This document shows positions 17,687 through 27,484 of a stretch of DNA of 64,000 bases, in pieces. The stretch covers positions 158,157 to 222,156 of the forward strand of contig LNDP01000023.1 in assembly GCA_001464665.1 (NCBI GenBank), written 5' to 3'. Source of the DNA: Acidobacteria bacterium Ga0074141 (lineage in GTDB: Bacteria; Acidobacteriota; Blastocatellia; Pyrinomonadales; Pyrinomonadaceae). Made by a program: the position numbers and the translations under genes. The notes under the pieces were generated by a model. The model did no database searches, was not told the DNA's origin, and was given only the letters and a program-made list of their open reading frames with translations. The number at the start of each line of letters is the position of its first letter. Position 1 is the stretch's first letter.

Positions 17687-18457
17687 ATGTCACAAGTCGA
17701 AGTTGAAAAGGACCAACGCAGGATCCAGCGCTATTCGCTCGCCCTTCCGGCCCGTGTCGAGGTCAAGGTCGATGAGAAATTTACCTGGAACGAGGTCACG
17801 CGTATCGAGGATGTTTCGGCGTTCGGTGCGGGGTTTACGCTTACCCGGCCGGTGAAGCGGGGCCGTTTGCTTTCGATGAGCGCACCCTTGCCCCGGCAGC
17901 TCCGGTGTTTTGATTTTCTTGAACCTCAATACAGGGTTTGGGCTCTTGTTCGTCGGTGCATTCCGCTCGGGCACAACCCTGTTGCACAGAAGTACGGTGT
18001 AGGTGTTGCGTTCATCGGGAAAACACCGCCCTCGAGTTATCTCGAAAACCCTTCAAAACTTTATGAGATAAGCTCACGCGAGGATGGAGGCCTTTGGATG
18101 CTTACCGACGCCGCTTCAAATCCAGATGAGAACGATCTGCCGTCGTACTTGCGAAGGCACACACGCTTCTCTATACCTGAGTCGCTTCTCCTCGAAGTCC
18201 TTGACGAGAACGGCGATGTCGTGGCCAGCGAAGTGACCGTAACTGAGAATGTCAGCCTTGGTGGAGCCGCAGTTTTCACGTCTTTCAAAGCTGAGACAGG
18301 TTCATTCCTGCGGGTAACGAGCGACCGACATAATATCACCATCATCGCTATCGTCCGTGGCCGTCGTTTGGGCCCCGATGGCGTGGTTAGGCTCCATATC
18401 GAATTTGTCGACCGAATGTTTCCGCTAGAGGGCATTGAGGCCGAAGCCGCCTTCTAA
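17687..18457 (+). CDS. tandem PilZ-domain protein (predicted c-di-GMP binding)
   Basis: There are two RxxxR + (D/N)xSxxG pairs: RRIQR...DVSAFGAG and RRHTR...NVSLGGAA. Confidence 0.75.
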   Translation: MSQVEVEKDQRRIQRYSLALPARVEVKVDEKFTWNEVTRIEDVSAFGAGFTLTRPVKRGRLLSMSAPLPRQLRCFDFLEPQYRVWALVRRCIPLGHNPVAQKYGVGVAFIGKTPPSSYLENPSKLYEISSREDGGLWMLTDAASNPDENDLPSYLRRHTRFSIPESLLLEVLDENGDVVASEVTVTENVSLGGAAVFTSFKAETGSFLRVTSDRHNITIIAIVRGRRLGPDGVVRLHIEFVDRMFPLEGIEAEAAF

Positions 18458-18478
18458 ATTCAGCATTACCGCTATTAA

Positions 18479-19273
18479 ATGTATCCCCTTATGTCCGGAG
18501 GTAAAATGTCCGCAACCCAAACTGAACCCATCGTAGAGATCATTTCTGAAGATATCATCGACGATTCTCAGCCCACCGTCCTGAACGCCGTTGTTAAGAG
18601 TAAATCGAAAGACAGCGAGAGTTGGAAAGAGGTCGCCGATGTTGTTAGTTATTCGCCGACCGGTGCGGGGTTCTATATGGCAAGGCAAGTTAGTCCCGGC
18701 CAGTTGATCTCACTAATGCTGCCGCTTCCAGCGGAGATGCGTTGTTATGACCATGACAAAGAGTTTTATAGGGTCTGGGGCGTCGTTCAGTTCTGCCAAA
18801 AGCAAAACGGCGATGATTACGAGTTGTACCACATCGGGGTCGCCTTCACCGGAAAGAATGCTCCGCCGTCTTACAATGAAGATCCGGAGCGACATTTCCG
18901 AATTTGCGGAATGAATACCGACGGACTTTGGAAGATAGAGCCGGCAAAGGCCGCGTTCAAGATCCGCCGTGACGTTCGATTTTGGCAGTCGATCGAATGC
19001 TATGTTGCCCTTGTTGATAAAGAGAAGAAGTCGCTGAGCGGAGCCAAGTCCGTCACCGAAAACGTCAGCAAGAGCGGTGCAGCTGTCTTTTCAACACTCG
19101 ATGTGAACGTCGGCGACCGCGTCAAACTCATTTGCGAACCGCACGACTACTCAGGACTCGCAATAGTCTGTAACCGCCAAAACGCAAAGGACGGCCGCAT
19201 GCGGCTTCACCTGAACTTTGTTGACGCAAAGTTTCCGGTCGAGAACCTGAAACTCGTCGAAGCAAAGAACTAG
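18479..19273 (+). CDS. tandem PilZ-domain protein, paralog of 17687..18457
   Basis: The C-terminal domain has RRDVR...NVSKSGAA. The N-terminal domain is degenerate (no RxxxR, only SYSPTGAG). It shares blocks with its neighbour: YRVWxxVxxC, VAFxGKxxPPSY, DGLWxxxxA. Confidence 0.7.
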   Translation: MYPLMSGGKMSATQTEPIVEIISEDIIDDSQPTVLNAVVKSKSKDSESWKEVADVVSYSPTGAGFYMARQVSPGQLISLMLPLPAEMRCYDHDKEFYRVWGVVQFCQKQNGDDYELYHIGVAFTGKNAPPSYNEDPERHFRICGMNTDGLWKIEPAKAAFKIRRDVRFWQSIECYVALVDKEKKSLSGAKSVTENVSKSGAAVFSTLDVNVGDRVKLICEPHDYSGLAIVCNRQNAKDGRMRLHLNFVDAKFPVENLKLVEAKN

Positions 19274-19293
19274 AAAAAAGTAAGACTTGGGGG

Positions 19294-20901
19294 CTACGGC
19301 TGACGCTGCAAATTCGCATTTGCGGCCAATCGCCGGGCCTCTCTTATTTTCTGGATCTCTTCTCGCGTCAACGGACGGAAGTTGGCGTCCGGAATTTGGG
19401 GCGGCATCGGAGGCCGCCGTGGCCGAAGCCTTGGGTCATTCGGGCTCATCCGGCGAAACTCGAACGAATTGGCATCCAGCAGGCGATTGCCAATATAAAC
19501 TTTGTCGCCTTCGATCACGATCCTTTCGTTCTCAAGATTCTCCAATGTTTCAAGCGTAATATTACTTTCGGGCTGTTGCTGATCGCGTTCAGCAACGGCA
19601 GCCCTCGGCGTGCGTTCTGTTTGCTTCCTCACCTCTGCCGAGTTCCCCGCCGAGCCGACCGATCCAGCTCCGGTTTCGTTCTGGTTCGAAGCGGCCGTAG
19701 TCGTGACGTTGGCTGTCAGCGGCAAGGCTGCCTGCCCCGGTTCTGATACTGGAACCTCGGGCACCGCAAACTCCGAATACGAAATAACCCCGGCAACTAC
19801 AAGGCCCGCCATCAAAAGTGCCCCCAAACCACCGGCCGCATAAACGAACCGCCGCTTCCCCGTCGGAGCTTCGGTGCCGGAACCTATAGTTTCCGGGATC
19901 GTCCGCATCTTTGTAAGCTGACTGGCGTTTTCGGGCATAAGTGCCGTCAAGGCCTCGGTGCTGGCGGCGACATTCGCCGTATTTTCCGGCAGCAGCCGAG
20001 TACGTTCGGCATTTATCGCCTTGTTGCTCTTTCCCGCTGCGGCGGTCTTACGAGCCGCGTCAAACTCTGCAAAGTTCTCATGCGTTGCCAGCATCTCGCG
20101 CATTTGCCGGGCGCTCTGCGGACGGAGGTCTGCGTTCAGGTCCATCGTCATCGATAGAACCGCAGAAAGCCCGGGCGGGACACTGGGGTTTAGTTGGCTC
20201 GCGGGCTCAAGTGGGTCCGGCCGTTCCGAAAGGACCGACATTGCTCGGGTAAGCGCATCCTCGGGCGGGACCTCGGTCAAGAGGTGATAAAGCGTTGCGG
20301 CCAGCGAATAGAGATCGCTTCGCGGGTCCGTTCCGGTTCCCTGGATCTGCTCGAGCGAAGCGTAGTTGCGTGAATATCCAAAGATGCTTTTGGTCGTCGA
20401 TTTTCCGCCCATCTCGCTCGGATTCCCTTTTGCGAGCCCAAAGTCGAGCAAAATGATCTGGCCTTTTGGCGTAACCTTTAGGTTCTGTGGCTTTATGTCG
20501 CGATGAATGACCGGGCTTTCCTGATTATGCAGAAACTCAAGAGCATCGAGCAGTTGCTCTGCCCACTTGAGCACCTGATCGACCTCGAATGGCTTTTTCT
20601 GATCCTCGAGAATGCAGCACAGGTCCTCGCCGGGAATGAATTCCATCACGATGAATTGGCCGTCATCTTCGACAAAATGGTCACTCACACGCGGAAGTGC
20701 CGGATGCTTTAGGCTGTTCAGCAGGCGAGCTTCTCGCTCGATCGCACGGCGGTAATTGTCGTCCATGCAGAGCGTTTGCTTGATCGCCACCGTACTTCCA
20801 AAGCGTTCATCGACGGCAACAAAAACGGCGCCCATACCGCCCTGGCCGATCTGTTTTTCGACCCGGTATCGACCCTGCAAGAACTTTCCTTTCTCGATCA
20901 T
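19294..20901 (-). CDS. transmembrane Ser/Thr protein kinase
   Basis: GQGGMGAVF...VAIK, HRDIKPQNL and DFGLA Hanks motifs. A single TM (LGALLMAGLVVAGVI) is followed by an extracytoplasmic region of about 180 aa. Confidence 0.9.
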   Translation of the reverse strand: MIEKGKFLQGRYRVEKQIGQGGMGAVFVAVDERFGSTVAIKQTLCMDDNYRRAIEREARLLNSLKHPALPRVSDHFVEDDGQFIVMEFIPGEDLCCILEDQKKPFEVDQVLKWAEQLLDALEFLHNQESPVIHRDIKPQNLKVTPKGQIILLDFGLAKGNPSEMGGKSTTKSIFGYSRNYASLEQIQGTGTDPRSDLYSLAATLYHLLTEVPPEDALTRAMSVLSERPDPLEPASQLNPSVPPGLSAVLSMTMDLNADLRPQSARQMREMLATHENFAEFDAARKTAAAGKSNKAINAERTRLLPENTANVAASTEALTALMPENASQLTKMRTIPETIGSGTEAPTGKRRFVYAAGGLGALLMAGLVVAGVISYSEFAVPEVPVSEPGQAALPLTANVTTTAASNQNETGAGSVGSAGNSAEVRKQTERTPRAAVAERDQQQPESNITLETLENLENERIVIEGDKVYIGNRLLDANSFEFRRMSPNDPRLRPRRPPMPPQIPDANFRPLTREEIQKIREARRLAANANLQRQP

Positions 20902-21000
20902 CTGCTAACCCCAAAAACGAACCGAACGGCAGTTTACTATGCACTCGTCTTTTTTTCTATACGCGAAAGAGCCGCCATTGTTCTGCCAATGCCCGCACTG

Positions 21001-21882
21001 CTACTGCGAAAACCAATCCGCCGTCATATCGCACCAGAGGGCAAGCCCCTGCCAGCGGCCGTACTTTTTGTAATGTTGCTCGATCTTCCTGTCGGTCGGC
21101 GGTCGGTTCCGATTATGCTTTTCCCCGTATCGGGCCCGTAGCCACGAATCGAGAGCAAGACCATCGTATCGCCCCAACAGTTTTAAGAGATGCTCGGCCG
21201 CGTATGTCCCGATGCCCTTAACTTTCAAAAGCTCCTTTTTCAATTCCGGAGTCGGCAGATCGGACAAAAGCCACGATTCAGGGTCGATCTTTCCCGAAGC
21301 GACGCCCTCGGCGATCTCAGCCATGTAATCAGAACGGTAGCCGGCCCTGATCTCCGAGCGAAAAAAGTCCGGGCCTTTCGCAGCCATCGCTTCGGCGGTG
21401 GGAAAAGCTCGAAAACCTGCCCCGCAGGCGTCGCCAAGACTTTCGGTCAGATTCGAAACCATGTTACGTGTCAGCGACCACGAACAATTCGTCGTGCACA
21501 GCGTCTTTATAAGGTCTTCAAAGACGGTGGCCGACCGAAGCAACCGTCCGGCTCCTAGGTTCGCCGTCCACGCAAGCCCCGAGTCGCTCGAAGCCAATGC
21601 ATAGAACTCATCAAACGCCTCATCGAGCCTGAGCATCCGCCGCACAGTGCCGGTGACAGCAACTTTTTCGAGATCCTCAGGTGCAGTTATCCTCAGCCGT
21701 TCTTTTGACGAACTGATCGTTAACGTAGCCGCATTTTCTCCCGGGACGGCAAATGTGTAGCGAAGTTTCCGGTCGCCTTCGTCATACGAAAACGGCAGCA
21801 GATCGTACCAGCCGTGGCTGCGAACGGCATTCTCGAAGCTGAATCCCGCCGGCGTTTTCAGGTAAAAGCTCTTATTCACCAT
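21001..21882 (-). CDS. HhH-GPD DNA glycosylase (AlkA-like)
   Basis: Helix-hairpin-helix LLKVKGIGTYAAEHLL followed by the catalytic-Asp context LALDSW. The start is set at the internal ATG (MVNKSF...) because the upstream 55 codons overlap the divergent promoter region. Confidence 0.75.
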   Translation of the reverse strand: MVNKSFYLKTPAGFSFENAVRSHGWYDLLPFSYDEGDRKLRYTFAVPGENAATLTISSSKERLRITAPEDLEKVAVTGTVRRMLRLDEAFDEFYALASSDSGLAWTANLGAGRLLRSATVFEDLIKTLCTTNCSWSLTRNMVSNLTESLGDACGAGFRAFPTAEAMAAKGPDFFRSEIRAGYRSDYMAEIAEGVASGKIDPESWLLSDLPTPELKKELLKVKGIGTYAAEHLLKLLGRYDGLALDSWLRARYGEKHNRNRPPTDRKIEQHYKKYGRWQGLALWCDMTADWFSQ

Positions 21883-22139
21883 TGCAATCGTATGCTCGGT
21901 TACAGAAAAAACAAATCGCAAATCTTCGTCCAAATCGCTTGCCCCCGCGTCTAACCCTTCGACTGACAAGCAGATCGTTGAGAAAATTTTGCGGAGAGAG
22001 CAAGCATTCGTTGTTTCTATCAATGAGAGAGTGTAAAATCTTCCCACCCCAAAAAGACTCTACCGCAGAGTCAGTCAGATCAACTCAGGGTTCTTTATCA
22101 ACAACAAAGATTTCTTTCTTCAAGAAAGGAGGTCGTATT

Positions 22140-24347
22140 ATGATTCGTCCCGCGTCCGGGCGTCGTCGCTCTATATCTATTGCAGCAGCTGTACTTATCG
22201 GCTTGTTTGCTTCGGTCATCAGCTTTGGTCAGGTCGACCCGAACCCGAACTCTCCGGTTCCGGTGCTGTTAAGTCAGGAAGACTCGACCCGTGCATTAGC
22301 CGATTATGCCGAGGAACGCAGAGGCGGCAGACGCCAGCCGTTTGCTGAGACGGCATTCCCGCTGAATGCAAAAATTAACCTGTACGTTACCAACATCGAG
22401 CTGATGGAAGGCGAAGGTGCCAATGCGTTTCGCGTTTATCTTGAGGACTCGCAAAAGCGGCAGTATCGCGTGCCGGTGGTTGATCTTCAGCCCTCGGAAG
22501 ATCAGAAAGGCGTCTATCGCGTGACGGTTTACCTCCGCGATGAGCTTGGTTTTTGGGAACAGCCTGCCGCCGATGGCGACGTGCTCGTCCGGCTTACTTG
22601 GCGGGGGCTTTCGAGCAACCGCGTTCGGTTAGGACTCGGAAAGACCGGCGGCGATATAAAAGACGATCCCGGCTCACAGCCGATGCCGCTCTCGCGGGCT
22701 GCTTCGTTCATGACCGGTGCTGAGCCGCCGACATCTGAATACGTCGGCTATCGCTGGTCCGGCGACCGGATGCGTTTCCTTCAGCAGGCGACCTTTGGTG
22801 CTAACCGTTCGCTTGATGACCGCATTCGCCGCATCGGCCTGCGGACTTATCTTGCCGAGCAATTCGAAGCACCGTATCCGTCGCTCGCGAACCCTTACCC
22901 GAACGTTCCGCTCAAACACATCGACAGCAATAACACTCTCGGCTGCGGTTCGTTTCCGGACGGAACCGCTGAACGTCGGATCTGTTTCCGCGACCACTAT
23001 AACCAATATTTGCTCCAGAATTGGTTCTTTAAGGAGGCTTTCTACGGCGAGCCGCAGCTTCGCCATCGCGTTTCATGGGCACTTGGGCAGATCTGGGTTG
23101 TCTCCGGCGTCGATACACAGCAGTCGAGCTGGATGATCGCGTACCACAAGGTGCTATCGCAGCATGCCTTCGGTAATTATCGCGACCTGATGCGCGATAT
23201 GACGCTGAACCCGGCCATGGGCAATTACCTCGACATGGTCCGGAGCACGAGGAACAACCCGAACGAGAATTACCCGCGGGAGATCCTTCAGCTTTTCGGT
23301 GTCGGCCTCTTTATGCTGAATCCGGACGGCACCGTAATGCTCGATAACAATGGCGAGCCCATTCCGACCTATAGCCAAACGACGGTCGACAACTTTACGA
23401 AGGTGATGACGGGCTGGACCTTCTGCAATGTCGGTTGCCCGAATTCAGCCCCGAGCATCGTCAACTATAAGGATCCGATGATCCTTAACCAGAACAACCA
23501 CGACATTACGGCGAAGACGCTGCTCGCGTATCCGAATGCCGTCAATCAGAACATTGCGGCCGGGCTTAACGGAAACACCGAGCTCGAACTCGCACTCGAC
23601 AACATCTTCTATCACCCGAACGTCGGACCGTTCGTCAGCAAGCTCTTGATCCAGCATCTGGTAACGAGCGACCCGACACCGGCCTACGTCGGGCGCGTTG
23701 CGGCCGTTTTCAATAACAATGGCTTCGGCGTTCGCGGCGACCTGAAGGCAACGGTCAAGGCAATTCTTCTTGATCCGGAAGCACGCGGCGACGTAAAGAC
23801 CGACCCGAACTTCGGCAAGCTCCGCGAGCCGGTTCAGCTTGTCACGAACGTGCTTAAGGCGTTTGACGTCAAGTCCGCCAACCTGACACAGCAGTCCGAC
23901 GGCGTCGTGAACGCACTCACGAACCCGCTCGGTCAGAACGTCTTTTATTCGCCAACCGTGTTCAATTATTACCCACCTGACTACACAATTCCGGGAACGG
24001 CTTTGATCGGGCCCGAGTTCGGGATAATGACCACCGGTACCGCGATCGGAAGGCTCAATTTCGCCAATACGATGGTCTATAACCGCATCAATGGCGGCAC
24101 GGAAAATATCCCGCTCGGCACGTCGCTTGACCTGACCGAGATGGAAGCTCTCGCCGCGGCGGACCCGACCGGCAACCTGCTGCTCGATGAGCTCAACAAG
24201 CGGTTGCTCCATTACACAATGTCGCCGCAGATGCGGGCGACAATACTTCCGGCCGTGACGGCGGTCTCAGCGGCAACTCCTCGAGCACGTGCACAGGCAG
24301 CAATCTATTTGGTCGCGACCTCGTCGCAATTCCAGGTACAGAGGTGA
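22140..24347 (+). CDS. DUF1800 family protein with N-terminal extension
   Basis: The ATG at 22140 is preceded by AAGGAGG and followed by a signal peptide (AAAVLIGLFASVISFG). NPAMGNYLDMVRS and related blocks are typical of DUF1800. Confidence 0.8.
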   Translation: MIRPASGRRRSISIAAAVLIGLFASVISFGQVDPNPNSPVPVLLSQEDSTRALADYAEERRGGRRQPFAETAFPLNAKINLYVTNIELMEGEGANAFRVYLEDSQKRQYRVPVVDLQPSEDQKGVYRVTVYLRDELGFWEQPAADGDVLVRLTWRGLSSNRVRLGLGKTGGDIKDDPGSQPMPLSRAASFMTGAEPPTSEYVGYRWSGDRMRFLQQATFGANRSLDDRIRRIGLRTYLAEQFEAPYPSLANPYPNVPLKHIDSNNTLGCGSFPDGTAERRICFRDHYNQYLLQNWFFKEAFYGEPQLRHRVSWALGQIWVVSGVDTQQSSWMIAYHKVLSQHAFGNYRDLMRDMTLNPAMGNYLDMVRSTRNNPNENYPREILQLFGVGLFMLNPDGTVMLDNNGEPIPTYSQTTVDNFTKVMTGWTFCNVGCPNSAPSIVNYKDPMILNQNNHDITAKTLLAYPNAVNQNIAAGLNGNTELELALDNIFYHPNVGPFVSKLLIQHLVTSDPTPAYVGRVAAVFNNNGFGVRGDLKATVKAILLDPEARGDVKTDPNFGKLREPVQLVTNVLKAFDVKSANLTQQSDGVVNALTNPLGQNVFYSPTVFNYYPPDYTIPGTALIGPEFGIMTTGTAIGRLNFANTMVYNRINGGTENIPLGTSLDLTEMEALAAADPTGNLLLDELNKRLLHYTMSPQMRATILPAVTAVSAATPRARAQAAIYLVATSSQFQVQR

Positions 24348-25837
24348 TAAAGATGAACGAATCAAGACGCGAATTCCTGAAAAAATCTACTTGTGCCTTG
24401 AGCATGACGGCCCTCGCGACCCAGATGCACCACATGGGCATGATGAGTACCCTTGCCCAGAAGATGGACGAAAAGGAGCAGCCCGCACAGGGCGGCGAGA
24501 GCTACAAGGCTATCGTCCTGCTATATATGTCCGGCGGAAACGACGGCAACAACATGGTCATTCCGGTGCATAACGACGCCTCGGTCAGCAACTATGCCGC
24601 TTACGCAGCGACCCGGCAGACACAGGGCCTCGCAATTCCGCAGGGCGACCTTCTGCCGATAAGCGTTCCGCGGATCGGCGGGCTGACCTACGGGCTTCAC
24701 CCGGCTCTCGGCGCGGTGACCGGCGGAATCAACAACGGCATCCACGAGCTCTGGGCACAGCAGAAAATGGCGATGGTGACCAACGTCGGGACGCTCGTTG
24801 CCCCGATGACCAAAGCACAGTACCAGAACAACTCTGTGCCGAAGCCCTATCAGCTCTTCTCGCACTCCGACCAGGTGGCTCAGAGCCAGACGAGCATTTC
24901 GAGCACGCAGGCATTTACCGGCTGGGGCGGACGCATCGCCGACCGGATGAACCAGCCGAACAACCCGAACGGCCTCATCCCGATGATCACCTCGATCGCC
25001 GGTGCTCAGCTCTTCACTGCCGGCCAGACGACGCTGCCGATGGCCATCGCCGATGCGAACACATCGCTTGCCAATGTGCTCAACCCCGCGGGTTTTAACA
25101 CCACCGCGGCCTCGGTCGCACGCCGCAACGCGATGAACCAGCTTCGCACCATCGACCTTGACAACAACTACCTCGCCGCGGCGAGCCACGTTACCGACCT
25201 TGCGATGGAGGCGAACAACGCTCTGCAGACCTTCCAGGAAGTGACCGTCGCATTTCCGAACACAGGAATCGGCCGCCAGCTTCGCCAGATCGCCCGGCTG
25301 ATCAAAAAGCGAACCGACCTCAACGTCAACCGTCAAGTCTTTTACTGCCAGATCGGCGGGTTTGATACGCACAACAACCAGGTCGCGACGCACACTAACC
25401 TGCTCTCGCAGTTCAGCCAGGCCGCACGTGCGTTCTATGACGAGATGGGCGTCCAGGGCGTCTCGAACGACGTAACTCTCTTTACTCTGACGGACTTTAA
25501 CCGAACGATGAACCCGGCCGGCTCCGGTGCAACGGTCGGCAGCGACCACGCCTGGGGCAACCATATGTTCGTGATGGGCGGCTCGGTCGCGGGCGGCGAC
25601 TTCTACGGAATGAACACGACCAACGGAACGCCGTTCCCGACGCTCGTTATCGGCACCGCCGGCCCGGACGACACGACCAGCGGAACCGGTGCCCGCGGCC
25701 GCTGGATTCCGACCACCTCGGTCGAGCAATACTGCGCGACCCTAGCCCGCTGGTTCGGCCTGCCGGAGAACGAACTCGGCTCCGTCTTCCCGAACATCGG
25801 CACCTTCCCGCAAACCGACCTCGGCTTTATGATCTAA
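24344..25837 (+). CDS. DUF1501 family (sulfatase/phosphatase-fold) protein with Tat signal
   Basis: Twin-arginine SRREFLKKS, GGFDTHNNQ and SDHAWGNH blocks. The GTG start overlaps the DUF1800 stop. The ATG at 24353 is an alternative start. Confidence 0.85.
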   Translation: MIKMNESRREFLKKSTCALSMTALATQMHHMGMMSTLAQKMDEKEQPAQGGESYKAIVLLYMSGGNDGNNMVIPVHNDASVSNYAAYAATRQTQGLAIPQGDLLPISVPRIGGLTYGLHPALGAVTGGINNGIHELWAQQKMAMVTNVGTLVAPMTKAQYQNNSVPKPYQLFSHSDQVAQSQTSISSTQAFTGWGGRIADRMNQPNNPNGLIPMITSIAGAQLFTAGQTTLPMAIADANTSLANVLNPAGFNTTAASVARRNAMNQLRTIDLDNNYLAAASHVTDLAMEANNALQTFQEVTVAFPNTGIGRQLRQIARLIKKRTDLNVNRQVFYCQIGGFDTHNNQVATHTNLLSQFSQAARAFYDEMGVQGVSNDVTLFTLTDFNRTMNPAGSGATVGSDHAWGNHMFVMGGSVAGGDFYGMNTTNGTPFPTLVIGTAGPDDTTSGTGARGRWIPTTSVEQYCATLARWFGLPENELGSVFPNIGTFPQTDLGFMI

Positions 25838-25880
25838 AACATCTGCGGAATCATCGCGGCCCAACCCGAATAAAAAGACG

Positions 25881-25910
25881 GCGTGACCGACCCTCGGCCA
25901 CGCTGTTTTT
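25881..25910 (+). terminator. terminator after the DUF1501 gene
   Basis: GCGTG-A-CCGA ccc TCGG-C-CACGC followed by TGTTTTT. Confidence 0.6.
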
Positions 25911-25956
25911 ACTTGCATTAGTGTCCAATCTCCTTCGTCCACTATCCACTAATCTC

Positions 25957-25986
25957 TTGACACGCCTGCTACACTTCTCCTAAGAA
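25957..25986 (+). promoter_or_regulatory. candidate promoter of the ankyrin gene
   Basis: TTGACA (25957..25962), an 18-nt spacer, then TAAGAA. Confidence 0.3.
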
Positions 25987-26029
25987 ACCAACCACCACTT
26001 AACAATGTGCATCTGTGAAGTTCAGAGCC

Positions 26030-26983
26030 ATGCAGTTTAAAACTTTTATCAATTCGATAGACAACGAGATGAGAGAAAGAACTCGGAGGACACTCAGCGG
26101 TTTCTCGTTTTCTAATGGAGCATTTGTTCTGCTTCTTTTTTTTGTCTCGTTGACACCCGTAGCTGGTCAAAATTACGACCCAGAATATCAAGAGATCTTA
26201 AAGCGCTTTCCCACTCGGCTTTTACGGGGAATTCACTTTGGCAGTGCTCCCCATGTAGTCAGCCGAATCCTGAGGGGATGCGAACTACAACATCAAAACC
26301 CAAAATCACGAGAGCTACTACTGCGTAGCGCGATTTCACAAGGAGACCTGAACTGCGTGAAACTTCTAGTTGAGTCCGGCGTGCCGATTTCCGGCGAAGT
26401 TCGCGGGTGGAAAGGATCTTCGCCAATCGTTATCGCAGCAACCTCGAACCAAGCCGACATTTCTCGGTACCTATTGCGGGTTGGTGTAAGCCCAAACAGC
26501 GAGGATGCAGAAACGGCCTTATATGTCGCGAGTGCTTTGGGACATCTGCAAGTTGCCGAGGCACTACTTGACGGTCGTGTAAATCCTAATTCTGCTTCAG
26601 TTGATGGATACACTCCTCTCATGATCGCCGCGGGCGCGTCCAAAATTGAAGCCCTGTCGTTATTACTTCGCCGGGGCGCGAATACAAATACCCGAACAGT
26701 CAGGGGCGAAACCGCTCTTATGCTTTCGTCTGATTGCACAGAGACCGTTCAATTGCTGATTAGTTATAAATCCGATCTGGAAAAAGCAGATGCTGAGGGC
26801 AAGACTGCTCTCCATTACGCGGTTTCAAATGCACAACCGGCAAAGCTCCGCCTACTGCTCGAAGCGGGCATAAAACGCGATACCAAAACCAAGGACGGCA
26901 GATCCGCAACCGATCTCGCAGCGACCATCGAGGACAAAGAAAAACGCCGCGAGATTCTCGCCATTTTAGAAGCGGGAAAATAA
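26030..26983 (+). CDS. secreted ankyrin-repeat protein
   Basis: Hydrophobic N-terminus (FVLLLFFVSLTPVAG) and at least 6 ankyrin units (G.TPLMIAA..G....V.LLL..GA). The start is uncertain: GTG 26015, ATG 26030 or ATG 26069. Confidence 0.8.
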   Translation: MQFKTFINSIDNEMRERTRRTLSGFSFSNGAFVLLLFFVSLTPVAGQNYDPEYQEILKRFPTRLLRGIHFGSAPHVVSRILRGCELQHQNPKSRELLLRSAISQGDLNCVKLLVESGVPISGEVRGWKGSSPIVIAATSNQADISRYLLRVGVSPNSEDAETALYVASALGHLQVAEALLDGRVNPNSASVDGYTPLMIAAGASKIEALSLLLRRGANTNTRTVRGETALMLSSDCTETVQLLISYKSDLEKADAEGKTALHYAVSNAQPAKLRLLLEAGIKRDTKTKDGRSATDLAATIEDKEKRREILAILEAGK

Positions 26984-27023
26984 TCGCTTCTCCTGGGTTC
27001 GCATCGATCAACCTGGAGTCTTT

Positions 27024-27482
27024 ATGAGCACACGAAAATACAAACCTTGGCCCGACCTGTTGGCTGCTGTCGTTTCGCTCTCGATCATTCAGTTCCTCAT
27101 GGTCTATGGACGATTCGATGGAGTCGTTGACTATTCCATGATTTTTCGGGATTGGATAGTCGGCGTCTCAGTGTTTTTTGGATTGATCTTGATTTCTTCG
27201 CAGTCCAAGATGGCCACTCGCCCGTTATTGTCAGCCGCTTTCATCGCCTTCTTAGGCTCTTTCATCTGGGTGAGCTACAAAGGCCTCCAAAATTACGCTA
27301 CAGATGGTCACGTAGACTCATCGGACCTCTCGATCTTTCTCGAACGGCATTTGCTGATATTCCTTTGGGTATCTTCAATCCTCGTGCCCATTTTGGGCAT
27401 TCTTGTTTTCTCTTTGATAGGCCTGTTTCGTTATGGGGCAAACAAGTTATGCCCGAGCAAAAAGTTGCATGGATTAGAATAG
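27024..27482 (+). CDS. small integral membrane protein
   Basis: 152 aa with four hydrophobic segments and low GC. No recognisable family. Confidence 0.55.
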   Translation: MSTRKYKPWPDLLAAVVSLSIIQFLMVYGRFDGVVDYSMIFRDWIVGVSVFFGLILISSQSKMATRPLLSAAFIAFLGSFIWVSYKGLQNYATDGHVDSSDLSIFLERHLLIFLWVSSILVPILGILVFSLIGLFRYGANKLCPSKKLHGLE

Positions 27483-27484
27483 TC

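Noticed and set aside
21882-22139. Upstream extension of the DUF1800 ORF, and the reciprocal 21883..22047 extension of the glycosylase ORF.
   Set aside because: Both extensions cover the divergent promoter region. The internal starts have an RBS (AAGGAGG before 22140) or give the usual protein length.
27152-27484. Upstream extension of the 27485..27991 gene (the track ORF starts at 27152).
   Set aside because: The extension overlaps the 27024..27482 membrane-protein gene in another frame and reads as Arg-rich noise. The ATG at 27485 gives a clean signal peptide.
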